Assembly: GCA_963850905.1 (NCBI GenBank)
Contig: CAWKMU010000003.1
Coordinates: forward strand, 3,488,001-3,552,000
DNA from: an uncultured Gemmatimonadales bacterium
GTDB lineage: Bacteria; Gemmatimonadota; Gemmatimonadetes; Gemmatimonadales; Gemmatimonadaceae
Direction of reading: 5' to 3'
DNA: 64,000 nucleotides
This document shows, piece after piece, positions 33,869 through 44,421 of the stretch. The notes beneath the pieces were generated by a model that saw only the letters and a program-made list of their open reading frames with translations, searched no databases and was not told where the DNA came from. Positions within the stretch are counted from its first letter, which is position 1. Each line of letters opens with the position of its first letter. A program made the position numbers and the translations under genes.

Positions 33869-34645
33869 GTGACCGGTCTTTCGGTATCCCATACGCACTC
33901 GCCTCGTGTTGACCGGCCCGAGATCATCGCTCACCGCGGCACCCCTCGCACCCGCCCCGAAAACTCCCTTCCCGGATTCCGTTCCGCGCTCGACCTCGGC
34001 GCAGATGCGATCGAGCTCGACGTGCATTTGACTGCTGACGGCGTTGTCGTGGTACACCACGACCCGTTCCTGCAGCGGACCGGCTCAGGCGCGCCCGGCC
34101 GCCGCCTGCCGATCCGGGAGTTGACCGCATCGGAGCTCGAAGCCCATCCATTAGCACCCGGCGTGCCGATCCCGACGTTGGCCGCGGTGCTGGATCTCGT
34201 CGGCGGGCGTGGGACCGTGTACGTGGAAGTTAAGGCGCCTCGAGCCGAACACGCCGTGCTGCAATGCATTGGCGAGTCCAAGACCTCCTGCGCGATCCAC
34301 TCGTTCGATCACCGCGTGGCGCTGCGCGTGGCGCAGATCGCCGAGGAGAGCCCATCGGCGCGTGCAGGTCGTTCGCCCATACCCACAGGCGTCCTGTCAG
34401 CCAGCTATCTCATCGAGCCCGCGGCCGCACTTCACGCCGCGCGCGCGCGCGATTACTGGCAGCAATGGGACCTGATCGACGACGAGTTGGTGTCACGCAT
34501 TCACGCCGCCGGTGGCCGCGTCGTCGCCTGGACGGTCAACGATGTTTCCGACGCTCGCCTGCTGGCCGCCATCGGCGTCGACGGGATTTGCACCGACGTG
34601 TGCGGGGCGCTCGTGGAGCTTTTTGGGATTGGCGAGCATAGCTGA
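33869..34645 (+). CDS. Glycerophosphodiester phosphodiesterase
   Basis: IAHRG, PENS, IELDVH, HD, AWTVND, GICTD. Start uncertain. Confidence 0.92.
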   Translation: MTGLSVSHTHSPRVDRPEIIAHRGTPRTRPENSLPGFRSALDLGADAIELDVHLTADGVVVVHHDPFLQRTGSGAPGRRLPIRELTASELEAHPLAPGVPIPTLAAVLDLVGGRGTVYVEVKAPRAEHAVLQCIGESKTSCAIHSFDHRVALRVAQIAEESPSARAGRSPIPTGVLSASYLIEPAAALHAARARDYWQQWDLIDDELVSRIHAAGGRVVAWTVNDVSDARLLAAIGVDGICTDVCGALVELFGIGEHS

Positions 34646-34686
34646 ACGGCGGCATCGCCTCAGGCAACGATGACCGGAAAAAAAAT

Positions 34687-34823
34687 GGGCGGCCTGAAGG
34701 CCGCCCCTACATGTTGCTGCGCGCGGTGTTCGATTGGAATCGTCGGCGCGCCGCGAGAGATTGGGAAACCCATCGGAATCTCGCCGCCCACGCCGACATG
34801 TAGGGGCGGGCTTCAGCCCGCCC
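34687..34823. repeat. Inverted pair of GTAG-type REP elements
   Basis: 34687-34716 and 34794-34823 are ~30-bp near-perfect inverted copies of CGACATGTAGGGGCGGSCTTCAGSCCGCCC. Confidence 0.85.
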
Positions 34824-35091
34824 CTTCCCCGGCCGTCGTATCAGCGTAGACGCTGACCTTATACCGAATCCGGTTCTTGTGCTCGTACTTCACCACGCCA
34901 TCGATCAGCGCGAAGATGGTGAAGTCTCTCCCCAGGCCGACGTTGCGGCCAGGGTGCCACTTGGTGCCGCACTGCCGGACGATGATGTTCCCCGCCCGCA
35001 CGCGCTCGCCACCGAACTTCTTGACGCCGCGGTATTGCGGGTTGCTGTCGCGCCCGTTGCGCGATGAGCCAACGCCTTTCTTGTGAGCCAT
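34813..35091 (-). CDS. rpmA: 50S ribosomal protein L27
   Basis: [16 protein letters not shown]. Confidence 0.98.
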   Translation of the reverse strand: MAHKKGVGSSRNGRDSNPQYRGVKKFGGERVRAGNIIVRQCGTKWHPGRNVGLGRDFTIFALIDGVVKYEHKNRIRYKVSVYADTTAGEGAG

Positions 35092-35124
35092 AGCAGAAGT
35101 CTCGGAATTCGCCGCGTGCTGTCG

Positions 35125-35442
35125 CTATGCGACGGAGATTTTGTTGATGCGAACTTCGGTGAAGCCTTGCCGATGGCCTTGCTTGCGCGCGTAATTCTTC
35201 CGACGCTTGAACTTGAAGACCACGATCTTGCGATCGAGCCCGTGCCGGACGATCTCTCCGGTGACCTTGGCCCCGGAAAGCAGAGGCGCCCCCGTCTGGA
35301 TGTTCGAGCCATCGGAGGACAGCAACACCTCGTCGAACGTCACCTTCGAACCCGCGTCACCGGTCAGACTCGGAACGCGGACGACTTTGCCGGGCTCGAC
35401 GCGATACTGCTTGCCAGCAGCCCGAATGATTGCGTATGCCAT
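35125..35442 (-). CDS. rplU: 50S ribosomal protein L21
   Basis: YAIIRAAGKQYRV...KQGHRQ; upstream of rpmA. Confidence 0.98.
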   Translation of the reverse strand: MAYAIIRAAGKQYRVEPGKVVRVPSLTGDAGSKVTFDEVLLSSDGSNIQTGAPLLSGAKVTGEIVRHGLDRKIVVFKFKRRKNYARKQGHRQGFTEVRINKISVA

Positions 35443-35567
35443 AAGACGCGAAGTTGAAAGTGCCTAATGAGTTACAGCCTTGCAACGTACTGGGTTTGGT
35501 GGGGTTCGTCAACGCCGGCGACCGCAGGGGCTCTGAGCCAGTGCGGTCGCGCCCTAAAGAGGAGACC

Positions 35568-36398
35568 ATGAGGGACCAGGTGATCACATATCGAGCAGGT
35601 ACGCGGGTCGTTCCGCCGTTCCGCCCCCGTCCAGGCCACCTCGCGTGCGCGCTTGGGATAGCCGCCTCGGCGGCCGGCATGGGTGCGGCCGGTGCCCAGA
35701 CACCCCAGACGGTGCCTATTACCCAGGAGCCGAGCCACCATTTGGCGCTCACCAACGACCACGTGCGCGTGTTCAATGTGACCGCCAGCGCGCACGCCAC
35801 GACACTCATCCATCGTCACGACCACGACTACGTGTTCGTGACCCTGGGAGACGCCGATATCACGAGCACGCGGACTGGCGGCACCCCCCCGGCGCGCTTG
35901 ATGTTGAAGGACGGCGCGATCGAGTACGCCCCCGGCGGGTTCGCCCATGCAGTCACGAACAATCTCGGCCGGCCCTTTCACAACATCACGATCGAGCTTC
36001 TGCATCCGTCGACCGGTGTCACGACCTGCAGCACCGGCTGCGACCGGAGCCCGCCGTGCAGCACCCCAACACCCTGTGCGACGATCACGCACGACATCAC
36101 CGCAGACCAGTGGGTGGCGGACGCGGTGACGCTCCCCCCCGGCACGACGTGGGCAGCCGACTCGGCCTGGGCTCCTCAGCTGGCCGTCGTCGTCTCAGCC
36201 TCGGAGCTCGAGGTGCGCGGTGAGTACGAGTCGACCGCCGACTTCCACCGCACCCCCGGGAACCTCATCTGGATGCCCGTCCACACCAACCGTCGCGTGC
36301 TCCCGGGCGGCGCCGTCATGCAGCGCCTGAAGCCCGGGATCACGAATGTCGGGAAAACACCCGCCCGGATCGTGGTGTTGGAGTGGAAAAGTCCATAA
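35568..36398 (+). CDS. Secreted cupin-like protein
   Basis: GGAG RBS, signal-like AGAQ, EPSHH..NDHVRV, HRHDHDY, HAVTN. Confidence 0.7.
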   Translation: MRDQVITYRAGTRVVPPFRPRPGHLACALGIAASAAGMGAAGAQTPQTVPITQEPSHHLALTNDHVRVFNVTASAHATTLIHRHDHDYVFVTLGDADITSTRTGGTPPARLMLKDGAIEYAPGGFAHAVTNNLGRPFHNITIELLHPSTGVTTCSTGCDRSPPCSTPTPCATITHDITADQWVADAVTLPPGTTWAADSAWAPQLAVVVSASELEVRGEYESTADFHRTPGNLIWMPVHTNRRVLPGGAVMQRLKPGITNVGKTPARIVVLEWKSP

Positions 36399-36452
36399 GG
36401 GATGAGACGTGCCGGAAACGTTGGTAGAGCACTCCGGAGTCCGACTATCAAA

Positions 36453-36550
36453 CGACATGTAGGGGCGGCCTTCAGGCCGCCCACCGTCGGACCCGGTCAT
36501 GCGCTGTTGGCGTTCCCGACCCCAAACCCCAAACCCCAGACCCCAGACCC
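36453..36550. repeat. GTAG REP copy plus heptamer tract
   Basis: REP at 36453-36482 (29/30 identical to the reverse complement of 34687-34716); (ARACCCC)n at 36518-36550. Confidence 0.85.
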
Positions 36551-36555
36551 GTCGC

Positions 36556-38191
36556 TTAAGCCACCGCGTATTGCCCCGTCACATCCCGCCCCGCCGCTTT
36601 CACGACGATCTTGAATTCGTCCGGCCGAAGCAGCGGATCGTCGCGCAGCTCGAGCGAGAAGCCGGCACCTTTCTCCAGTTTCTGCACGAAGTCGTGCTCC
36701 TGCTCCAGTACGTAGAGCGCGACCTCGGGGTGGAGCCGAATCAGCAGGTTGTCGCGCTTGCCCTCGACGACGATGCGCCGCAGCGATCGTTCGATCCGCC
36801 GCGCAACCGATTCAGGCGTGAAGACGCGACCGGTACCATGACAGGTCGGACATGACTCCGTCATGCTCTGCAGATGGCTTTGTCGCACCCGCTGGCGCGT
36901 CATCTCGACCAGACCGAGCTCGCTCACACTGAACGCCTTGGTACGTGCGCGGTCGTGGCCCAGATGGGTGCGAAGCTCCTGCAGCACCTTTTCGCGGTTG
37001 GCCCGCGTCTCCATGTCAATGAAGTCGCACACGATGATGCCGCCCACGTCGCGCAACCGGAGCTGGCGCGCGACCTCGCGCGCCGCTTCCATGTTGATCT
37101 TGAGAATCGTCTTCTCGGGATCCTTCTTGCCTGTGTAGCGCCCCGAGTTCACGTCGATGGACACCAGCGCTTCCGTTGGCTCGACGATCAGGTAGCCGCC
37201 CGAGGGCAGGTCGCAGCGCCGCTTGAACAGATCGCGGATCTCGGTCTCGATGCTGGCCTTGTCGAACAACGGGACCCGGTCCTCGTACATCTTCACGCGG
37301 TCGATCAGGTCCGGCGGCGATCCCCTTGAGGTACTCCGCGATCTCGTTGTACAGCTGCTTCGAGTCCACGGTGAGACTGTCGACTTTGTCGCTGAACAGG
37401 TCGCGGATGATCCCGCGGGTCAGGCTCGTCTCGCGGTGCACGAGCCGCGGCGCGCGGACGAAGTGCACTTTGCGCTTGATCCGCTTCCATGCCGTGATGA
37501 GCGCGTCGAGCTCACGCCGGAACGTCTCCTGGCTCGCATCCTCGCCCACGGTGCGCACGATGACGCCGCCACTCTTTTCCGGGAGCACCGCCTGCACCAT
37601 CTCTCGCAGTCGCTGGCGCTCCGCCCGATCGCCGATCTTGCGACTCACCCCGACGCGCGTCGCGTCAGGCATGTAGACGAGGAACCGGCCGGCGAGCGAG
37701 ATCTGCGCCGTGACACGGGGCCCCTTGGTCGAGATGGGCTCCTTCGAGACCTGGACCAGGATCTCCTGGCCGCGCTTGACGAGGTCCTGGATCGGTGGCG
37801 TCTTGCCCCGCCCGTTGTCTCCGCCGTTGCCGCCCCGCTTGCCGCCCTCGTCACTGCCGCGCGACCCGGTGCTGCCGGATGGCGTGTCGGCATATGGCGA
37901 GTCGCTCTCGAGATCGCCGCCGTTCTCGGCGGCGTCAGCCTCGTCGTCCTCGTCGTCCTCCTCGTCCTGCACCAGATCGGAGGCGTGGAGGAACGCACTC
38001 TTCTCGGTACCGATGTCGACAAAGGCTGCCTGAATTCCCGGCAGCACCGCCTCGACCTTGCCCAGATAGATATCGCCGACCATGCGGCGGGCTTCCGGTC
38101 GATCCACGAGCAGCTCGACGAGCTGGTCGTCTTCCAAAATGGCGACCCGCGTCTCCCGCGGGTTCGCGTTGATCAAAATTTCGCGTTTCAT
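36556..38191 (-). CDS. rng: Rne/Rng family ribonuclease; frameshift near 37315
   Basis: GDIYLGKV..PGIQAAFVDIG S1 domain; the second frame has IDVNSG, RLRDVGGIIVCDFIDM and CPTC. Confidence 0.9.
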
Positions 38192-38299
38192 GTGTGTACG
38201 TAGTCAAACGGGTGCCGCGCCCGGCAACGTGCCCGACGCGGATGCGACCGAGAAGCGACGCAGCCTCGTGTAGACGAGGTTGGGTCTGCATGGTCGCGT

Positions 38300-39518
38300 T
38301 CAATCCAATAGATCCTTCAGCAGGTTCCGGCCGATCACCAGCCGCTGGATCTCTGATGTGCCTTCTCCGATCTCGCAGATCTTCGCATCGCGCATCATCC
38401 GCTCGACCGGATAATCCCTGGTGTAACCATAGCCGCCGTGGATCTGAACGGCTTTCGTCGTCGCCCGCATCGCCAGCTCGCTGCAGTAGAGCTTGGCCAT
38501 TGCCGCCGCCTGGGTCACTGGCTTGCCGTGTTGCAGTAACCACGCGGCGTGATAGAGCGAGATGCTTTCCGGCTTCGATCTCAGTCGCCATGTCCGAGAG
38601 TTGGAACTGCACGCCCTGGAAGGTCGCGATCGGCTGCCCGAACTGGTGTCGCACGCTCGCATACTTTAGCGCGTGCTCGAATGCTCCTTCGGCCAGCCCC
38701 AACGCTAACGCCGCCATGCCGATACGCCCGCTGTCCAGCGTGCGCATGAAGTTCGTGAATCCGCTCCCCTCGGCTCCCAACAGGTTCTCAGCCGGCACTT
38801 CGACGTTCTCGAAGATCAGCTCGCGCGTGTCCGACGCACGCCAGCCCAGCTTATCCTCCTTCTTGCCCGCGCGAAACCCCGGCATCGCCGGCAGTGACTC
38901 GTCGTGCCCCATGCCGACGGCCCGCGCACGATCGAGATCCGCGGTCTGCTTCGTGAGGATGAAGGAGCTGATGCCCTTGGGACCGGCACCGGCATCGGTC
39001 ACGGCAGTCACCACGAAGATCTCGCCGACGCCCCCGTGGGTAATGAAGATCTTCGACCCGTTGAGGATGTAGGCATGACCGCGCCGCACCGCAGTCGTTC
39101 GCGTGCCCGCGGCGTCGCTCCCGGCGCTGGGCTCCGTCAACCCGAAACCCGCGAGAACGCGGCCACTCGCCAGCAGCGGGACATACCGCTTCTGTTGCGT
39201 GGGCGTACCAAAGTTGACGATTGGCGACGTCCCGAGCGTCGTGTGCGCAGAGACCGTGATGGCGTGCGAAGCGTCGACCTTCGCGAGTTCATGAATGACC
39301 ATGACATACGCGAGCACATCGAGGCCACTGCCGCCGAACTCCTCCGCCCACGGTACCCCGAGCAATCCGAGCTCGGCCATCCGCTTGACCGTTGGCCAGG
39401 GGAACTCGCCTTTCGCGTCGTACTCTCTCGCGATCGGTGCGATCTCCTCCTGAGCGAAGCTCCGCACCATCTCACGCACGGCCGCGTGCTGTTCGCCGAA
39501 ATACAGTCCTTCGTCCAT
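38300..39518 (-). CDS. Acyl-CoA dehydrogenase; frameshift near 38560
   Basis: [19 protein letters not shown]; the second frame has [25 protein letters not shown]. Confidence 0.9.
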
Positions 39519-39525
39519 AAATGCG

Positions 39526-41198
39526 CTACGCTCGCCCTGAGACGTGTGGCGCTGGACCGGCGCCATGGCCTGCGCCCAGCACGACGTTCAAAAACTGCTC
39601 TCCGTATCGCTCCAGCTTGACCGGACCGACCCCTCGGACATCACGCGAGCGCGGTCACCGATCGTGGCCGTCGAATTGCCATTTCAATGAGCGTCCGATC
39701 GGGGAAAACGACATAGGCGGGAACGCCGTCGCGCTTCGCGATTTCCGCGCGCAGCGTTCGAAGGGCTTCGAACAATGGGGCATCCCCGGCTGGCAGCGTC
39801 GCCGGCGGTGCGGCCGCCCCCGTCGCTGCGCGGCGCCCGTCGCCCGTCGACGATGCGGCCGCCACGCCTGCCGGCATCGGTGGCCGCCCGCCGCGTCCGG
39901 GTGGCCGTCAATCGAGGGATTACGACCTTGCGGTGGTTGCCCAGACAGTTGTCGCATCCCTCACACTGGCCTGGCGCAGCCGGGTCCCCGAAGTAACGCA
40001 GGATGAAAGTGCGCCGACACCCTTTCGCGTACGCGTACCGCTGCATGATATCCAGCTTCGCCAGATCGGCCTTCCGCCGCCGCGCCTCGCCGGCTGGGTC
40101 GACGCCCGCCAGCGAGTCGGATCGGCCATCCGATGACGGACGAGCGTTGTTGATCAGGAACTCGTGCGTGAAGCGATCCTGAAAGGCATGCAGCAGCACA
40201 CAGTTCGCCCGCTGGCCGTTCCGCCCGGCGCGACCCGCTTCCTGGTAGTACGCTTCGAGCGAGCCAGGCATGGTATGATGCACGACCAGCCGCACGTTCG
40301 CTTTGTCGATTCCCATGCCGAACGCATTGGTCGCGACCATCACCTTGACGCGCTCCGACATGAAATCGTTCTGCGCGTCGTGACGCTCGTCATCGGTCAG
40401 GCCTCCGTGATACCCACGGGCCCGCACGTCGAGGTCGCAGAGGACGACCGCCACCCGGTCGACTGCCTTGCGGGTGGTGACATAGACGACCGCCTGCCCC
40501 GGATGGGTCTGGAGCAACTGGACCAGCGTCGCGTCCTTCTCGGCATCGTTCCGGGTACGAATCACATGGTAGTGCAGGTTCCGACGATCGAACCCACTCA
40601 CCACGATTTCGGGCGTCTTGAGGCCGAGTTGCTCGGCGATGTCGCGCCGGACCGCCGGCGTCGCCGTTGCGGTCAGCGCGACCGTCGGTGGATCGCCAAG
40701 CGCCGTGCGGATGTCGCGCACGCGCCGGTAGCTGGGGCGGAAATCGTGGCCCCACTCGCTGATGCAGTGCGCCTCATCGACCGCGAGCAACGACACGCCG
40801 GCTCTGCGCAGGCGGTCCCCGGTGGCGCCGTAGTCAAACCGTTCCGGCGCGACATACAGCAGTCGCCACTCGCCCCGTTCCGCGCGCGCGAGCCGATCGG
40901 CCACCTCGCCGTACGACAGTGAGCTGTTGATGAACGTCGCGGGCAACCCTCTGGCCGTTAAACCGTCAACCTGATCCTTCATCAAAGAGATCAACGGTGA
41001 TACCACGACGGTGAGCCCGCGGAGCAACAATGCTGGCACCTGGAAGCACACCGACTTCCCCCCGCCAGTCGGCAGAACCACCAGCGTATCCCGCCCGGCC
41101 AGGATGGCCGTGACGGCCCGCTCCTGCCCGGGCCGAAACCCGTCGTACCCGAAGGCCCGGCTGAGGACCGTCCGTGCGTCGTCGATGCTAGACGGCAC
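39526..41198 (-). CDS. recQ: RecQ family helicase with HRDC; two frameshifts (~39880, ~39645)
   Basis: PTGGGKS, DEAHCISEWGHDFRP, YYQEAGRAGR, CRR..CDNC. HRDC (VPAYVVF; VRGVGPVKLERYG) lies in two other frames. Confidence 0.88.
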
Positions 41199-43869
41199 GC
41201 GCGAAATGGCCACGAGTGAACGCGCCGTTGACCAGGGCGCGGATGCGGGCCAGGTCGGGAGTCCGGTCGGCGGCGAGCGCCGCCAGCGCTTCGGTATACC
41301 CGGCGACGAGATCGGCGACGGGGTCTCCCGGGACGTTGAACACAACGTGGAACATGCGCAACCCGGCTCGCCACAGCGCCGGAAGGAACTCGGAGCCCTC
41401 GATCGGCCGCGAGTGCAGCAACCGATTGCGACAGGCGCTGTCGGTCGCCACGGCGAAGTGGTAGCCCGCGGGGTCCGTCAACTCGACATGCGGATGCTTC
41501 TGGACGCAGAGGTCGCGACAGGTGGTTGGTTCGCGGTTGAACGCGGCCGACAACACGCAGTGCTCGATCGTCATGCCTTCCGGTCGCCCATACAGGAGCG
41601 CGGCGAGGCCACGGGCGCCGCCGACGCCACACGTGTCGGCAATTTCCCCGGTGGTAAGCTCGACCGACAGGACGAGCCGCTCCACGCCCGTGCCCAGCAC
41701 CGCCGCGGCGGTGTGAGGATTGAAGCAATTGATGGCGTAGTCGGCCGTGACCCGACGCCCCTCACGCGCGAGTGAGCGAGCGAGGCCGAAGTGCCCCGTC
41801 ACAATCGGCAGCCCCAGGTCCAACCATTTCCCGAGCGTGCGGTACTCGGTTGGCCGGACAATGGTCGGCAGCCGGAGCCAGACGGGGACGTCGTGATCCG
41901 CCAACTCCGCGGCGAGAGCCCGCAGCCGCGCTGCAGGGGGAGCGGGATGCCGCAAGAACGGGTCGACAATGATCTCCGTCGCGCCAGCGCCCGCAGCAAT
42001 GCGCGCATCCTCCATCGTGTACACGCTCGCCGCGAGCTCAAACGGTCGTGCAGAATTCGTCGGATGCGCACCGCGATCCGCCCCTCCGAGATCCGCGACC
42101 GCGGCCTCAATGCGGGCCCGCCGGTCCTCTGATCGCACGGCGCTCACCATCGATCGGCCAGTGAGCAGCGAAGACACCGCCTCTTGGCGAAGGTGATTCA
42201 GCTCGCTCACAGGTATGAACAACCCGGGCTTGAGCCCCCGGCAGTCGATCTCACCGAGGACGAACGGCGTGTCGCCGAGTCGCCCCAGCTGCGCGCGCAG
42301 CATCCGCTCATCGAGACCATGTCGGGCTGCCGGCTGCAGCGTCACGGTCGAGCGGACGGTCACGCCGTCCGCATCCCCATCCGCCGCTGTGAACACGGCT
42401 TTGAGAGGCGAGCCTGCGGTCCCAAAGAGGCGGACCGAGAGCGGCTCGGATGTGGCCTCGGACGTCACGCCCTCATAGCTCGCCCGGCTCGTAGCGAGTA
42501 GCTCGGCATCGGCATTGCGCAGTACCGTCGCGCCGACGGGCACCCGCTCGCGGACCACGATGCGCTGCCGGAACCCCGCTTTGGTCCGCTCCGTGCCGTG
42601 GACCGCCACGACGGTCCCGCCGTTCCGTCTACTCTCTACTTGCTGTGCGTCAACTCTCTCGGGCGCGGTAGGGGCGAGGCATGCCTCGCCCGCGTTCCCG
42701 CCCGCGGCCGCTAACCCCGGACCCCGCTTTTCCTCTAGCACTTCGAACGCCAGCCCGTCTCCCGCATGAATCTCATGCGAGACATGCACCACGGTCTCGG
42801 GACCCTCGACGGCGACGACGGTGCCGAGCAACGCGCCACGATTGTCGGGGCGGTCACGCGTGATGTAATCGCGCCCCAATCGCCCGCGCAGGAGCCCGGT
42901 GCTGAACCCGCGACTGTAGATCTGTACCAGTGGCTCGACCTCCTCTGGCGGCGGCACCGCTCGCTCCCCTCGCGCGAGTCGGTCGAGCCACTCGCGGTAG
43001 CTGTGGGTGACCGTCGCGACGTACTCTGCGCGCTTCTTGCGCCCCTCGACCTTGAGGCATACCACGCCAGCATCGGCGAGCGCGGCGAGGTCATCGTGCA
43101 AGGCGAGATCCTTCGCCGAAATGAGATAGCCGCCGTCGATGGTCTCGCCGCTCGTCGCGTCGCGCAACACGTAATCCTTGCGGCAGGACTGGGCGCACGC
43201 TCCGCGATTGGCGCTGCGCTCGGAGATGAGCCCGGACATGAAGCACTGGCCGGAGTAGGAGATGCAGAGGGCGCCGTGCACGAAGGCCTCGACGCCGACA
43301 CCGGGCACCGCGGCGTGAATGGCGCGCAGGTCGTCGATCGTGTTCTCCCGGGCCATCACGATACGCGAGACACCCAGGTCTCGGGCCGCTTCTGCGCCAG
43401 CGATGTCGTGCACCGTCATCTGCGTCGAGCCGTGGATCTCGAGCTGCGGGAACACTACCCGAATCAAGCGAATGAGTCCGAGGTCCTGCACGATCACGGC
43501 ATCGATGCCGCAAGTCACCGCCGTGGCCAAGAGCTCGAGCGCCGGTACGAGCTCCGCTGGCTTGACGAGCACATTCAGGGTGTAATAGATCCGCGCACCA
43601 TGCGTGTGCGCGATGGCACACGCGCTCTCGAGCTCATCAAGGGTGAGCTGGGCACCGTCATCCCGCGCGTTGAAGCCACCCGCCCCGAGATAGACCGCGT
43701 CCGCACCATTGGCCACGGCGGCGCGCACCGCATCGAGGGAACCCGCTGGGGCGAGCAGTTCGGGGACACGCCCATCGACAGCGCGCGCGCGACGCGACGC
43801 CGCAACTTGGGCTTGCGCACGAGGCCGCCCCCAACCGGTATGGGAGGGCGGCGAAGACGCCGACGACAT
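41188..43869 (-). CDS. Peptidase U32 family protein, RlhA-like (RNA hydroxylation)
   Basis: ELLAPAG, HGSTQ, HGALCISYSGQC..NRGACAQSCR, KVEGRKK; long C-terminal extension. Confidence 0.88.
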   Translation of the reverse strand: MSSASSPPSHTGWGRPRAQAQVAASRRARAVDGRVPELLAPAGSLDAVRAAVANGADAVYLGAGGFNARDDGAQLTLDELESACAIAHTHGARIYYTLNVLVKPAELVPALELLATAVTCGIDAVIVQDLGLIRLIRVVFPQLEIHGSTQMTVHDIAGAEAARDLGVSRIVMARENTIDDLRAIHAAVPGVGVEAFVHGALCISYSGQCFMSGLISERSANRGACAQSCRKDYVLRDATSGETIDGGYLISAKDLALHDDLAALADAGVVCLKVEGRKKRAEYVATVTHSYREWLDRLARGERAVPPPEEVEPLVQIYSRGFSTGLLRGRLGRDYITRDRPDNRGALLGTVVAVEGPETVVHVSHEIHAGDGLAFEVLEEKRGPGLAAAGGNAGEACLAPTAPERVDAQQVESRRNGGTVVAVHGTERTKAGFRQRIVVRERVPVGATVLRNADAELLATSRASYEGVTSEATSEPLSVRLFGTAGSPLKAVFTAADGDADGVTVRSTVTLQPAARHGLDERMLRAQLGRLGDTPFVLGEIDCRGLKPGLFIPVSELNHLRQEAVSSLLTGRSMVSAVRSEDRRARIEAAVADLGGADRGAHPTNSARPFELAASVYTMEDARIAAGAGATEIIVDPFLRHPAPPAARLRALAAELADHDVPVWLRLPTIVRPTEYRTLGKWLDLGLPIVTGHFGLARSLAREGRRVTADYAINCFNPHTAAAVLGTGVERLVLSVELTTGEIADTCGVGGARGLAALLYGRPEGMTIEHCVLSAAFNREPTTCRDLCVQKHPHVELTDPAGYHFAVATDSACRNRLLHSRPIEGSEFLPALWRAGLRMFHVVFNVPGDPVADLVAGYTEALAALAADRTPDLARIRALVNGAFTRGHFARAV

Positions 43870-43878
43870 CCCCGTAAG

Positions 43879-44040
43879 CTAACGCCGCCTGGTCCGATCG
43901 ACGAAGCGCAGCAGGAAGGCTACGCCAAGCAGCGCGATGCCAGTCCAGCGGAGCATCGGCGCGTCGGCTCGCGCACCGTAGGCGAATACCAGGATGCCGA
44001 CCAGGGCCACGGTGGCCCGAAGGGCAACCGTCCCGGTCAC
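43879..44040 (-). CDS. Small two-TM membrane protein
   Basis: GTG start overlapping the upstream TGA; two hydrophobic helices and a basic tail. Confidence 0.6.
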   Translation of the reverse strand: MTGTVALRATVALVGILVFAYGARADAPMLRWTGIALLGVAFLLRFVDRTRRR

Positions 44041-44396
44041 GGGCGAAACGCGGGTAGGTCCAGCCGCTCGACGACGTCGGCTGGCACATCCAGAACGAGC
44101 CGGAGGAGAGCTGTCGAGACCACCTTGCCCTGGGCATCGGTCTTGAGGGAGAGCGTCCCCCCGCCATCCAGGGCGCCGTGCAGCAAGAAGTTGAGCGCGC
44201 GGAGATTGGGGATCTCGAATCGCTCGACGCCGCCAGTGATCATGCCGGCGAAATGCGTGGCGACGCGCTCCCGGGTCACAAACCGCTCCAGCACTTCGTA
44301 CCACTCCGGACGACGTGCAATCACACCGACGTTGGCCGTATCGCCCTTGTCGCCCGAGCGGGCATGCGCAATGTCCAGCAACCGCACTCGACTCAT
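44037..44396 (-). CDS. AtuA-related small protein
   Basis: AHARSGDKGD...LDGGGTLSLKTDAQGK. Confidence 0.85.
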   Translation of the reverse strand: MSRVRLLDIAHARSGDKGDTANVGVIARRPEWYEVLERFVTRERVATHFAGMITGGVERFEIPNLRALNFLLHGALDGGGTLSLKTDAQGKVVSTALLRLVLDVPADVVERLDLPAFRP

Positions 44397-44421
44397 GAGA
44401 CGACGCTCCCGACAGAGATCG

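Noticed and set aside
37935..38560. Extended acyl-CoA dehydrogenase C-terminus overlapping rng
   Set aside because: A product of the frameshift near 38560; the true C-terminus ends at 38300.
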